Both the position numbers and the translations under genes were made by a program. A stretch of 17,016 bases of DNA, from contig JBIKWQ010000072.1 in the NCBI GenBank assembly GCA_044356215.1, positions 1 through 17,016 on the forward strand, in the 5' to 3' direction. Origin of the DNA: Bdellovibrionota bacterium (GTDB taxonomy: Bacteria > Bdellovibrionota_C > UBA2361 > OMII01). The notes under the pieces were generated by a model that saw only the letters and a program-made list of their open reading frames with translations, searched no databases and was not told where the DNA came from. Shown one piece after another: positions 16,395 to 17,016 of the stretch (the stretch's first letter is position 1; each line of letters starts with the position of its first letter).

Positions 16395-16778
16395 CTAATA
16401 ATAATTGATTCTGCGCGCCTTAAATGTCGTTATGTTGCCTCCAGCATCCTCCCATGCCCGCTTAAAATCGCTGGAGGGATCAAAGTCGAGTTTGGAGCCA
16501 CACCTCTCCACCAGCTCCCGTAAGGCCTCCATAGCGCCACGTGGCAAAACTATCTCAACAGCCGAAAGGTGCAAAGCATAGTATCCTGGCTCATGGCAAC
16601 CAGGTGCCGCGAAAGTAGTCCCTCCAACTGATTCCAGAAAGGACTCTAGTCGGTCAACGTGATCACCATGTATGACGCACGTACAAAATGTAGCTTCTTC
16701 CGCTGTTAATTGCCTAAACGGCTTGCTCTCTAACTCCTTGGGGTCTTTTTTAGGCTGGAATCCTTGCCCGAATAGCAT
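16395..16778 (-). CDS. Hypothetical protein (127 aa)
   Basis: ATG with a strong SD (AAGGAGA, 16790-16784) and an AT-rich upstream region. No family recognised. Confidence 0.65.
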   Translation of the reverse strand: MLFGQGFQPKKDPKELESKPFRQLTAEEATFCTCVIHGDHVDRLESFLESVGGTTFAAPGCHEPGYYALHLSAVEIVLPRGAMEALRELVERCGSKLDFDPSSDFKRAWEDAGGNITTFKARRINYY

Positions 16779-16968
16779 AGTAGTCTCCTTTTGTTCTTAT
16801 CTTGAAATATGGGAGTTAATTCTCCCAATGCGGCAAAGGTTAGGGTAAATTTCTATTTTAGTGTATAATGCGCTACATTTATGCAGTATTATAGCGTTCT
16901 TCAGAAAAACGTAGCGATTGGACGTAAAAATTTAGGTGTAAGGGTAAGTATTGGCAAACGAGCGAGCG

Positions 16969-16983
16969 TGGCTCGCAGTTTGC
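16969..16983 (+). promoter_or_regulatory. Candidate sigma-54 (-24/-12) promoter pointing out of the window
   Basis: TGGCTCG-CAGT-TTGC versus consensus TGGCACG-N4-TTGC: exact GG-N10-GC spacing with one mismatch. Confidence 0.55.
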
Positions 16984-17016
16984 GACAAGTAGTGGTGGTT
17001 AAGCGCACGCTCTCGC

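Overview
Bacterial chromosomal window of moderate GC. The rseP-tsaB order, short EF-Ts, mqnD and a sigma-54 activator suggest a deltaproteobacteria-like/Bdellovibrionota-like lineage, but this is inference only. Most of it is conserved housekeeping DNA on the minus strand: mqnD, rpsB-tsf-pyrH-frr-uppS-cdsA-dxr-rseP-tsaB, rho and an NtrC-family regulator. upp and a YebC-family gene lie on the plus strand. The unusual material is at the two ends. (i) Two copies (1-136, cut by the window edge, and 16098-16370) of a nested palindromic repeat, with ~75-bp outer inverted arms, a variable central hairpin and an inverted pair of REP-like hairpins with covarying stems. (ii) An MNT-HEPN (MntA/HepT-like) toxin-antitoxin pair whose nucleotidyltransferase carries an N-terminal XRE-like HTH and appears to be translated from a leaderless mRNA under a palindromic operator. 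(iii) A candidate sigma-54 promoter with an upstream inverted repeat at the right edge. All calls come from motif recognition by eye; no database searches were run.
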